Positions 1 to 7,938 of a DNA stretch of 25,979 bases are shown here, in pieces (position 1 is the stretch's first letter; every line of letters starts with the position of its first letter). This DNA is from a virus (Duplodnaviria > Caudoviricetes), in the IMG/VR virus record IMGVR_UViG_3300027751_000058, positions 1 through 25,979 of that record; one strand, written 5' to 3'. The notes beneath the pieces were generated by a model. It did not search any database. It had not been told where the DNA came from and saw only the letters and a list, made by a program, of their open reading frames with translations. A program made the translations under genes and the position numbers.

Positions 1-619
1 ACTTAGACAAGATACCGTACCGTGCATCTGACGTAATTGTTGCCAAGTTAACGGTCTCTGCTGAAGACATAAATGAAAATCCTGAACGACGGTTCTTAAG
101 GTAGCACATTCCATAAGCTCGTGAGTCGGCCTTACAAGCCTCCCAGAATATGAAGAATAATCTGTTTGCTTCTCTAAAATCTGGTTTCCCAACATCAATC
201 TTGGACCACTGCAGGTACATAAAGTGAGTGCCAGTAATGTAAGTAGCCATGCCCTTATTATTGAACCAATGGCCTTCGTCTCTTCGTTTGAATTGTTCAT
301 CTATATATGGTTCCCATTTTTCTTTAAAGTCGTCCGGGTAATCTCGCCAGTCAAAAACACTTTGTATACCTTTGAGCTCTTTAGGGTAATCACTTGCAAC
401 CCATTTACTTTCCGACTTATCAATTTTAGAGGGAGCTTTGGGTAAAGCTATCTTAAAATTTTGTATGTTATATATTTCACCGATCATTCCGGTCTTACTA
501 ATCACTACAATGTCATGCTCTTTATTGTAGCCATACTTCCAACTCTTAGATTTGTTTAACCTAGTTATTGTATTTTGCTTAATAGGCGTTTCTACCCTAT
601 ATAAATTCTGCTCGTACAT
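1..619 (-). CDS. terL: Terminase large subunit, N-terminal part (runs off the window)
   Basis: Not in the ORF track. Manual translation from ATG at 619 gives MYEQNLYRVETPIK...YITGTHFMYLQWSKIDVGKPDFREANRLFFIFWEACKADSRAYGMCYLKNRRSGFSFMSSAE..., open to the window edge. LKNRRSGFS is a terminase-type Walker A motif. Confidence 0.85.
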   Translation of the reverse strand, partial: MYEQNLYRVETPIKQNTITRLNKSKSWKYGYNKEHDIVVISKTGMIGEIYNIQNFKIALPKAPSKIDKSESKWVASDYPKELKGIQSVFDWRDYPDDFKEKWEPYIDEQFKRRDEGHWFNNKGMATYITGTHFMYLQWSKIDVGKPDFREANRLFFIFWEACKADSRAYGMCYLKNRRSGFSFMSSAETVNLATITSDARYGILSK

Positions 620-894
620 TATCTAGATCTTTTTTCAGCAAATCCACTAAAAGCCTTTTTTTCTATTTCCTCTTTTGGTTTATTCTCTAAAAGATTCTCC
701 TCGTCTTGAATTCTATTTAATATCTCAAAAGCATCGAATATTGCTAGCTTTTTTGTTGCTGCTGCGTTTTTTAATCTGTCTGCAGATATATCGTCATCTG
801 AATCGACAATAGCTTCTTTTGCTACTTTAATTAATTCTTCAACTGCTTTGTGCCCAGCTAGGATTATATTCTTCTTCGTTTCCTTGATATTCAT
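619..894 (-). CDS. Probable terminase small subunit (helical, 91 aa)
   Basis: Small helical protein whose stop overlaps the terL start (TAATG). Function inferred from position. Confidence 0.5.
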   Translation of the reverse strand: MNIKETKKNIILAGHKAVEELIKVAKEAIVDSDDDISADRLKNAAATKKLAIFDAFEILNRIQDEENLLENKPKEEIEKKAFSGFAEKRSR

Positions 895-1438
895 ATTTGA
901 TTGTAATTAAATTTGTAGGAACACGATATAATTTTTCTTCATCTATTAAAAATTCATATTCAGCTCCTGGCTTAAAGCCTACTAAGTCTCCTTTGGTCAT
1001 AACTTTTAGACTAGCATCTTTATATTTAAGTATGCCCATTAGCGGCCTTTCAAAATCTATAGAAAACATTCTACTCTCCTTTATAGGTTTAATAAAGTTA
1101 AAACCTTTTAAAGGCACCCATTCTCCGTCTTCTTTATAAGCGAAAATCTGATCAACAGCAACAAAGAACATATCATCTTTATAATAACTCTTGCTGTTTT
1201 TTTCAACCCCACGTATGTCTCTGAATCTTCTAAAAACATTATGGTGCAATATTACCTCATCACCAACCTTAACACTAGTATCATTTACGCTGGGGACAGC
1301 TAAGACTATGCCAATACGAGATACAAAATTGTGGTTTTGCATTTCTGTATTTAATATAAGTTCGCTATCGCCTAAGGTCTTTGTATTGTTATATCTTTCG
1401 CTTTTTGGTTTTACAACAAACTCAAAAATCCCTTTCAT
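839..1438 (-). CDS. GroES-like (co-chaperonin fold) phage protein, 199 aa
   Basis: GroES-like segments GIVLAVP...VKVGDEVIL and KGDLVGF...EYEFLIDEEKLY; about twice GroES length. Confidence 0.55.
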   Translation of the reverse strand: MKGIFEFVVKPKSERYNNTKTLGDSELILNTEMQNHNFVSRIGIVLAVPSVNDTSVKVGDEVILHHNVFRRFRDIRGVEKNSKSYYKDDMFFVAVDQIFAYKEDGEWVPLKGFNFIKPIKESRMFSIDFERPLMGILKYKDASLKVMTKGDLVGFKPGAEYEFLIDEEKLYRVPTNLITIKYEYQGNEEEYNPSWAQSS

Positions 1439-1656
1439 TAATAGTCTATATTATATTCTATAGCTATTGCCATATTCTTATTAAAATCTTTCCACGGTAT
1501 AATGTCGTTACCCTTTTGTATATAGATAGAGTACTTTTCTTCTTCCTCTATAATGTTAACTATAGTATGACCACCATACACTCCCTGTCCAACAGCGTAG
1601 TGCATGGCGTCATTTTTATAGTCCCTTCCAATACTAATCTTCCGTAGTAGACTCAT
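1438..1656 (-). CDS. Conserved phage hypothetical protein, 72 aa
   Basis: ORF tightly coupled to both neighbours in the late operon. Confidence 0.75.
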   Translation of the reverse strand: MSLLRKISIGRDYKNDAMHYAVGQGVYGGHTIVNIIEEEEKYSIYIQKGNDIIPWKDFNKNMAIAIEYNIDY

Positions 1657-1894
1657 TGGATTTTATTTCCCCTGTTTGAATGTCTACAGATACATTACCG
1701 TATTTATCCTCCAGGGTCTTTTGGAATTCATTTAATTTGTTTTTGATGTTTACTAGCTCATGCAAATAGTCGTGCTTTTGAGCCTCTAATCCACCAATTT
1801 GTAATTGTGTTTGGTTCATAACTTTAACAAGCTCTTGCAAGTTAGATAATTCACCACTTTCAACCTTCGATACTAATTCTTTTACTTTACTCAT
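1634..1894 (-). CDS. Coiled-coil hypothetical protein, 86 aa
   Basis: Heptad-rich helix ending LEDKYGNVSVDIQTGEI; AT-rich leader (AATTAAATTAAATCAAATG). Confidence 0.75.
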   Translation of the reverse strand: MSKVKELVSKVESGELSNLQELVKVMNQTQLQIGGLEAQKHDYLHELVNIKNKLNEFQKTLEDKYGNVSVDIQTGEIKSNESTTED

Positions 1895-1904
1895 TTGATT
1901 TAAT

Positions 1905-2309
1905 TTAATTGTTTTTATTGTTTATTATCGATTTTCCTTTTTCCCACGTCCTACCGACAAAGTACGCTCCGTAAACTGTAACAAGAAGAGTTTGGAATAT
2001 TGGGATATACTCTTCTGCTATTTTAAATTCTCCAACGTTTCCATCAAAGAACGCACAAACAGTAAATATAAACGTTAAGTATATAAGTACCATTGGGCGT
2101 ATATTTTTCGATAAAAAAGAATCGGATTGCATATCTGCATTCCACCTGGCAGTAACCTGCTCCTGAGCTTCTTTATCTGCTTTTTCTAATATTTCAGTAA
2201 TTAATCTTTGTGCCTCAAGCTTTTCTTCCTTGGTTGTTGTTAAGTTATCTAAGATACCGCCAATTTCTTTTATGACAGAACCTGTAAGCCATGACCAAAT
2301 TTTTTTCAT
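1905..2309 (-). CDS. Putative holin (3TM-holin-like)
   Basis: RWNADMQSDSFLSKNIRP followed by two hydrophobic helices and AYFVGRTWEK, a pattern typical of this family. Confidence 0.7.
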   Translation of the reverse strand: MKKIWSWLTGSVIKEIGGILDNLTTTKEEKLEAQRLITEILEKADKEAQEQVTARWNADMQSDSFLSKNIRPMVLIYLTFIFTVCAFFDGNVGEFKIAEEYIPIFQTLLVTVYGAYFVGRTWEKGKSIINNKNN

Positions 2310-2449
2310 TACTTATAAGGAAATAATTTATTTAACTTCTCTTTTCTTTTATTGCAACCGCAGCCGCCAGGGATTTTATCGGCTAACTTTTTTATTCCAG
2401 TTGCTGTTGTAAATTTCTCTATAGTATCCCCTAATCCTTTTATCTCCAT
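2309..2449 (-). CDS. Small phage protein, 46 aa (GLGDTIEK...CGC..RK..LN)
   Basis: Not in the track. MEIKGLGDTIEKFTTATGIKKLADKIPGGCGCNKRKEKLNKLFPYK fills the gap exactly, with TAATG overlaps on both sides. Confidence 0.8.
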   Translation of the reverse strand: MEIKGLGDTIEKFTTATGIKKLADKIPGGCGCNKRKEKLNKLFPYK

Positions 2450-2745
2450 TAGCAATTCCATTTTCTTAACGCTAAAGCCTTTCTTGTTGGCTCTCCGTTT
2501 GGTTTCTTCATTGGACCCTTCACTCCGCTCATTCTAGCGCAAAATGATTTTCTACGATTAGCAGCTTTACTGCCCTTCTTTAATTTAGAAGGATCAGTTG
2601 TAACGGCTGTCTTTAATTTAGAACCTGGATTTTCTCTCCTGTAAGCATCAACGCCTTTTTGGTTGAGCCCGCCTGTTTCCGACTGACCTTCTTTTCTGGC
2701 CCAGGCCCCGCTTTTTTTAAACGGGGAGTTTTGAACATAAGCCAT
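2449..2745 (-). CDS. Basic conserved phage protein (AW.RKEG...GGLN.KG...RRKSFCARM type)
   Basis: Recognisable motif set common in aquatic phages; function unknown. Confidence 0.75.
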   Translation of the reverse strand: MAYVQNSPFKKSGAWARKEGQSETGGLNQKGVDAYRRENPGSKLKTAVTTDPSKLKKGSKAANRRKSFCARMSGVKGPMKKPNGEPTRKALALRKWNC

Positions 2746-2748
2746 AGT

Positions 2749-3666
2749 TTACTTTTTAAATGATTTCATAATTGGACTCTTAGGCATCATCTTGTACGGG
2801 CTACGCTTCATTTTAGCGTTGCTTAAAATTTCCGTTTGTTTGTCGCCTCCAGCTGGTCCGATATCACTTAAACGAGCATCTCTTTCTCCTAAGTTTATTT
2901 TATTACCATATCGAACAGATTGCTCTTGCTGTTTTACAGACGCGTTTTGGCTCCCTTGTGCTCCTTTTAATTGTCCTCCATAAGCTTTTATTCTGTTTTC
3001 TGTTCTGGATAGTGATCTAGCGTCGTTACCAATACCTAAGAAGCCTTTTGATTTAACTTTAGATTTTTCCTTATTATCTAATTCACCATTCTTATCAGTG
3101 TCATACTTTGCTACCAGTTTGTTCTTTTTTCTATTGAGCTTATCAATTTTATCTTGGGTTTTTATAACACCTCTTGTAGACAACTTAGTGCTTCGCATAT
3201 CCTGGCGTCTGTGCCAAGGCTTCTTAGCATCCCCTGAAAGTGCCGTTTTGTATTCACCAAAACTAGATACTGTTGATGTTTTTCCAGGAGTATAAGTATC
3301 AGGCGCAAACGTTCCTGTCCCAACCTGCTTAGTGTTTTTCTCTAAATATGCTTTTCCTTTAGGCGTTTTTAAGAACGCATTCCAATCTTTGTCAGAAGCG
3401 TATCCGCCAGAACCGTCATAAGTATCTGTGTTAACGGTTTTCATTATTTCTTTACCCTTTACAAGTTTATCCGGCTCTACTCTAGTTGAAGTGTTTCTCA
3501 CTCCGACTTTGCCATCTTCCATTCCTCTAACAGACTCGTTTACTTCTTTGGCTTTGTTTTCTAGTTTAACTTTCTGCTTAACAGGTGAGCCCATGTTTAA
3601 TAATGGCTGGCGTACCATACCTTTATCAGTGGCGTGTTGTACTCTTGATGTGATTGGTTTATTCAT
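2749..3666 (-). CDS. Lys-rich hypothetical protein, probable virion/internal protein, 305 aa
   Basis: Long ORF in the late operon; low-complexity basic sequence with several SPxK-like motifs. Confidence 0.7.
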   Translation of the reverse strand: MNKPITSRVQHATDKGMVRQPLLNMGSPVKQKVKLENKAKEVNESVRGMEDGKVGVRNTSTRVEPDKLVKGKEIMKTVNTDTYDGSGGYASDKDWNAFLKTPKGKAYLEKNTKQVGTGTFAPDTYTPGKTSTVSSFGEYKTALSGDAKKPWHRRQDMRSTKLSTRGVIKTQDKIDKLNRKKNKLVAKYDTDKNGELDNKEKSKVKSKGFLGIGNDARSLSRTENRIKAYGGQLKGAQGSQNASVKQQEQSVRYGNKINLGERDARLSDIGPAGGDKQTEILSNAKMKRSPYKMMPKSPIMKSFKK

Positions 3667-3681
3667 TTTGTTAGTTTTTTT

Positions 3682-3990
3682 TTAAAATCCGGATAGGTTT
3701 TTTATTCCTGTTGACATGTCAGGAACACTTATGCTAAAATCTTTTGTAGCTAAATCTTCCCTCATTTTTTTAAATTCTTTTTTATAGTCCACTTTTGTAG
3801 GCTCTGGAGTTGCTTTTTTTTCTGGGGCAACTTCTTGCTGCTTAGCTTTATCTTTGTCTAATGCACTACTAACCATTCCTCCAATTGAATCTTCGAATTT
3901 ATCGTGAACAACAGAATTGCCTTCTATTAAAGCCATATTCATCTTCATAGGAGAGCTTTTGCATTTTTGTGTAATAGGCGTTGCTTTCAT
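3682..3990 (-). CDS. Hypothetical protein, 102 aa
   Basis: In-operon ORF; N-terminus (PITQK...SPMKM) resembles that of 2749..3666. Confidence 0.7.
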   Translation of the reverse strand: MKATPITQKCKSSPMKMNMALIEGNSVVHDKFEDSIGGMVSSALDKDKAKQQEVAPEKKATPEPTKVDYKKEFKKMREDLATKDFSISVPDMSTGIKNLSGF

Positions 3991-3994
3991 TTAT

Positions 3995-4369
3995 TTATTT
4001 TTTATAAGCTTCTTTTTCCCACTCAAAATCAGAATGGCCTTCTTCTAGTTTTTGCCCAGCGCTAAACAACGCTCCGCCGACTCTTTCATATTTTCTCGCT
4101 GGCGATCTCGTGTCTCTTTTCCAAATAACCTCTTCGTTATTGTATTGCAGCCTGTTTTGCATCATTTGATCGTGATGTACGTTCTCATGCTCGATAGCGT
4201 CTTTCTTTTCTTTTACCGATGCGTTTTTATCTACGAAAGTAGTCCCATCTCTGTTTGCTTCAGCTATGACATCTTTGCCTAGGTTTTTTTCAAACACCGG
4301 TCTACCAAACTCAGATAGCTCTTCGTTGATGCCAAATACTTCTCCTTTAGACTTTAGTTTAAATGCCAT
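3995..4369 (-). CDS. Putative HExxH zinc metallopeptidase-like protein
   Basis: AIEHENVHHDQM and a downstream WEKEAY glutamate. Confidence 0.55.
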   Translation of the reverse strand: MAFKLKSKGEVFGINEELSEFGRPVFEKNLGKDVIAEANRDGTTFVDKNASVKEKKDAIEHENVHHDQMMQNRLQYNNEEVIWKRDTRSPARKYERVGGALFSAGQKLEEGHSDFEWEKEAYKK

Positions 4370-4521
4370 TATTCTTTTTTGCCGCCCATTAACTTTCCAG
4401 CTAATGCTCCTGCAGCGCCTTTAATTAATGCCGGTGCCACTGCTCCAGCTATTGCTCCTAATATTTTAGCTGGTGTTTTTACTGCGCCAAGTTTGTTTGG
4501 CCCTATTCCTTTTGGTCCCAT
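4369..4521 (-). CDS. Small Gly/Ala-rich protein, 50 aa
   Basis: Not in the track. MGPKGIGPNKLGAVKTPAKILGAIAGAVAPALIKGAAGALAGKLMGGKKE fills the gap; its stop overlaps the next start. Confidence 0.75.
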   Translation of the reverse strand: MGPKGIGPNKLGAVKTPAKILGAIAGAVAPALIKGAAGALAGKLMGGKKE

Positions 4522-4522
4522 A

Positions 4523-4963
4523 TTATCTTTCTTTATCGTTTATCATATCGTCAATAGCTTTGTTAAAAACTTTATCAGTATATGTTTTGTTTTTATAAAA
4601 CGCACTTCTTTCAGATGTTGGTAAATCTTCTTCTGCCAACATTATTCTGTATATTCTTTTAATAAGTAGTTTACACTTGCTTGACGTTTTATATGCAGCG
4701 TATTTTGAAGTTGTTCTATTACGTTCTTTAAATACATCAATCCAACCTTCTCTACGCAACCGCTCCCATCTGTTTTTATCCCAGCTATATGTGTACACGC
4801 CATTAATAAAATCATTACGTGTAAAAAGCTTTTTGCAATCTAAGTATATCAACAACTCAAGATCAGCGTCTTTCAAATTATAAGTCTTACAGGCCCACCT
4901 TCTGATAAGCCTGTAATACTTTAATAGGTTCATGGTTTGGAGGTCTTTGGGACTTAGTCTCAT
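4523..4963 (-). CDS. Conserved phage hypothetical protein, possibly winged-helix DNA-binding
   Basis: Basic 146-aa ORF; ADLELLIYL...WERLRREGWI pattern is compatible with a wHTH fold (inference). Confidence 0.65.
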   Translation of the reverse strand: MRLSPKDLQTMNLLKYYRLIRRWACKTYNLKDADLELLIYLDCKKLFTRNDFINGVYTYSWDKNRWERLRREGWIDVFKERNRTTSKYAAYKTSSKCKLLIKRIYRIMLAEEDLPTSERSAFYKNKTYTDKVFNKAIDDMINDKER

Positions 4964-5220
4964 TCTATAAGTACTATATCTGTTATTTTTAGTACATAAT
5001 ATAAATTATCGTTCCATTCGATCCCGTGTCCTGCATGCTTGTCGTACCTAATTATATCATCTTTTGATACAAGCTCACTAACTTGATCCCCAACACTAAT
5101 TACTTTACCTTTTATGTAACGTACGTCTTTATTTTGCTTTTCAGTAAGTTCAAGGCCGCCTACTTTCTTCGGTGCCTCTTTTATTTTATCAACTATAACG
5201 AAATGATTTATTGCTTTCAT
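4960..5220 (-). CDS. groES: Co-chaperonin GroES
   Basis: Mobile-loop-like KKVGGLEL, GKVISVG, terminal DIVLI; adjacent to groEL. Confidence 0.85.
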   Translation of the reverse strand: MKAINHFVIVDKIKEAPKKVGGLELTEKQNKDVRYIKGKVISVGDQVSELVSKDDIIRYDKHAGHGIEWNDNLYYVLKITDIVLIE

Positions 5221-6773
5221 TATGCTAATCTTTTATTACTAATTACACAATCAGCTGAAATTATTGTTGTAACAACACTAACAGCGTTTTTTAACGCAGA
5301 CTTTGTAACTAATACCGGGTCTATTATTCCTGCTGAAATCATATTAACCTCTTTTCCAGTGTTAACATCAATACCTCTATTTTTAGCTTTAGCATACGTG
5401 ATAGGTATGCCTGCGTTATCTAAGATAGTATGGTATGGAGCTTTTATTGCTTCTAGTAAAGCTTCTTCCCCTTTGTTAGCAGGTTTTATTTTGTTTGCAG
5501 CATTTAATAGCGTTACACCGCCTCCTGCTACAATACCTTCTTTATAAGCTGCTTTTGTCGCATATATGGCATCTTCAACTCTGTCTTTCTTTTCTTTAAG
5601 CTCTACCTTTGAATCTGCTCCTACATAAACTATTCCGACTTGACCGGTTAGCATCGACAATCTTTGCTCTAGTTTCTTTTTAAAGAATGGATTAGTTTCT
5701 TCGTTTATTTGCTTTTCAACTTCCATTATTCTTAAAGCAACATCTTCTGTGGCTTCTTGTACTTGCAGAACAGTGTTTTTATCGTCTGTAACAGCTTTAA
5801 ACGCCTTCCCTAATACATTAGGGTCTATTAAGTCTAAATCGTCCCCTAACTCCTCGTTTATGATCTTTGCTCCTGTTAGCATTGCTAGATCTTCTAACGT
5901 TTGCTGTTTGGTTGGGCCAAATCCGGGTAGGTCAACAATGTTGACTTTAATATTACCTTTTACTTTATTAGCTAATAACGTAGCATAAGGCTGTTGTTCA
6001 ACATCGGCTACTATCAGTAAGCTACTCTTATTTTTAATAACAAATTCAAGAATGTTCTGTATTCTTCTTATATTTGGTATTGGTGAAGAAACAATAAGTA
6101 CATAAGGATCTTCTAAAACAGCTGTTCCTTTGTTTTTATCTGTTGCTAAGTGAGCGGATTTTAAACCGCTGTCAAATTGTACGCCATCAACAAACTCCAC
6201 GTAAGTTTCATTTGTATCAGACTCCTCCATTAATACGACGCCATTTTTTCCAACTTTTTCGTAAGCTTGTCCAATTTTGGTTCCAAGCTCTTCGTCGTTG
6301 TTGCAGCTAATAATAGCAACATTTTTAAGCATTTCGCCCTCAACCGGAGTACTGGACTTATCAAGATATATTTTAACTTTGTCAGCGCCACTAATAATGC
6401 CTGCTTTAAGTTCTCTAACTTTTTCTTCATCTAAGTATTTGTTTGCAATTTTTAATAATGAATCGGCTAATACGGTAGATGTTGTTGTTCCATCTCCTGC
6501 TTCTTTAACTGTGTTGCTAGCAGCTTCTTTTATTAAGGTTGCTCCTATGTTTTCAACCGGATGTAATAAGACTACGCTTTCCGCAACGGTTACTCCGTCT
6601 TTTGTTATCACCGGTCTACCTAGGGCATCTTCGTATATTACGCATTTACCTGAAGCACCTAATGTGCTTTTAACTGCGCTTGCTAATTTTTCAACACCCT
6701 GTATTATTTGTTTTTTAGCGTCATCGCCAAATGTGAGCGTTTTTACTATTTCGCTCGGATTATTAAATTCCAT
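5220..6773 (-). CDS. groEL: Chaperonin GroEL
   Basis: ITKDGVTVA, AGDGTTT, PGFG, EKKDRVEDA, GIVAGGG and GIIDP motifs; no GGM tail. Confidence 0.97.
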   Translation of the reverse strand: MEFNNPSEIVKTLTFGDDAKKQIIQGVEKLASAVKSTLGASGKCVIYEDALGRPVITKDGVTVAESVVLLHPVENIGATLIKEAASNTVKEAGDGTTTSTVLADSLLKIANKYLDEEKVRELKAGIISGADKVKIYLDKSSTPVEGEMLKNVAIISCNNDEELGTKIGQAYEKVGKNGVVLMEESDTNETYVEFVDGVQFDSGLKSAHLATDKNKGTAVLEDPYVLIVSSPIPNIRRIQNILEFVIKNKSSLLIVADVEQQPYATLLANKVKGNIKVNIVDLPGFGPTKQQTLEDLAMLTGAKIINEELGDDLDLIDPNVLGKAFKAVTDDKNTVLQVQEATEDVALRIMEVEKQINEETNPFFKKKLEQRLSMLTGQVGIVYVGADSKVELKEKKDRVEDAIYATKAAYKEGIVAGGGVTLLNAANKIKPANKGEEALLEAIKAPYHTILDNAGIPITYAKAKNRGIDVNTGKEVNMISAGIIDPVLVTKSALKNAVSVVTTIISADCVISNKRLA

Positions 6774-6795
6774 TTAATTAAATTTTAAAAATAAA

Positions 6796-7089
6796 TTATT
6801 TATCAAAAGTTTTTACTACTTTTGGTCCGTTTACAAAGTCAATCTTTTTTAGATAGTGTTCTATTGTTTTATCAATTGATGTTTCTGCCGCTTCTATTGT
6901 TTCGCGCCTTGTTACATCACACCACTCGCCGTCTTTGCGCAAATCGCTGTGCTCTGTTTGGTAATATCCGTTTTGTAGTTGGACAATCCGCCAATTTTTC
7001 TTATCGGCAATGTGGTCCCATAGTTTTAAACGGTTCTGATCTGGTTGTGGCTGACTACCCCACGTATTAGTCGAATAATAAACTGTCAT
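6796..7089 (-). CDS. Conserved phage hypothetical protein, 97 aa
   Basis: ORF preceded by three AAACCAA-like leader repeats and a putative late promoter. Confidence 0.75.
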   Translation of the reverse strand: MTVYYSTNTWGSQPQPDQNRLKLWDHIADKKNWRIVQLQNGYYQTEHSDLRKDGEWCDVTRRETIEAAETSIDKTIEHYLKKIDFVNGPKVVKTFDK

Positions 7090-7134
7090 TGGTTTTGGTT
7101 TTATGTTATTACTTGGTTTTCCACTTAATGTGGT

Positions 7135-7151
7135 ATACTTTATATATTACG
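7135..7151 (-). promoter_or_regulatory. Putative late promoter (CGTAAT-N4-AAAGTAT)
   Basis: Sits in the largest intergenic gap of the late arm; near-identical to 16034-16051 at the head of the arm. Confidence 0.4.
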
Positions 7152-7166
7152 TATTTACGTATTACT

Positions 7167-7493
7167 TTAATCTTCTATTGTCATAGTTACTGAAGATGGG
7201 TTTACTTGATCTTCAATACTAGCTGCGATCGTAGCCTCTATTTGAATCACTTGCTCTTCACCCATTGCTGCTTTGCACCAAGCGACAGCATCTTCATTTG
7301 TTAATTCATTAAAAGGTTTAAAATCTGTTATGTCACTAACATTTAGTATTTGAGTACCAATAATGTTGCTTTGATATGCGGTTTCACTGTCTTCTCCGAG
7401 TACATAGTAATGCACGTTGTATACCACGTTGGTATATTCTCCATCTTGTGGGTAAACATCAACTGTTTTGCAGTTCCATTCGTAATTTATCAT
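7167..7493 (-). CDS. Acidic tail-fibre-associated protein, 108 aa
   Basis: VVYNVHY...F.PF.ELT....V.W pattern often seen downstream of phage tail fibre genes. Confidence 0.6.
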   Translation of the reverse strand: MINYEWNCKTVDVYPQDGEYTNVVYNVHYYVLGEDSETAYQSNIIGTQILNVSDITDFKPFNELTNEDAVAWCKAAMGEEQVIQIEATIAASIEDQVNPSSVTMTIED

Positions 7494-7505
7494 ATTTATT
7501 TATTT

Positions 7506-7937
7506 TTAAGCTAATTCTTTTAATTGTATCCCTACGTTCATATATCTCCAAAAACCATTTGCTTGAAATTGCAGTTGAACCCTGTCGTTAGCATTGAACT
7601 CAACGTCTTCGTCAAAATCAAAGCTAATTACTTCTCCAGCTGTACCAGCTGTGTAAGACACCGTTATCGCATCCTCCACGCTCCCGTTTACAAGAACAGC
7701 TATAGTAGCAGAACTACCTGTAGGGCCTGAAGTGTAACTACTGTATGGATTATTTGTTACATTTATTTTATTAACACAGCCTTTAAATGTCGGTATAATG
7801 GTAGCGTACGGATATGTTAAATTAGTACTCCATCCACTGTCATACAAAACACCGTTACTTGTGCTACTGTGATATCCTCTCCAGTTTAAAAACATTGTCT
7901 GACCGTGAAACGTGTCAGCTTGCATCATTTTTCCCAT
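7506..7937 (-). CDS. Beta-rich tail/appendage-associated protein, 143 aa
   Basis: In the fibre cluster; beta-sandwich-like C-terminus (FNANDRVQLQF). Confidence 0.6.
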   Translation of the reverse strand: MGKMMQADTFHGQTMFLNWRGYHSSTSNGVLYDSGWSTNLTYPYATIIPTFKGCVNKINVTNNPYSSYTSGPTGSSATIAVLVNGSVEDAITVSYTAGTAGEVISFDFDEDVEFNANDRVQLQFQANGFWRYMNVGIQLKELA

Positions 7938-7938
7938 G

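Noticed and set aside
5220-6773. Host chromosomal groESL (bacterial contig or prophage boundary)
   Set aside because: The gene is divergent and lacks the GGM tail, the order is groEL then groES, and the pair is embedded among phage late genes.
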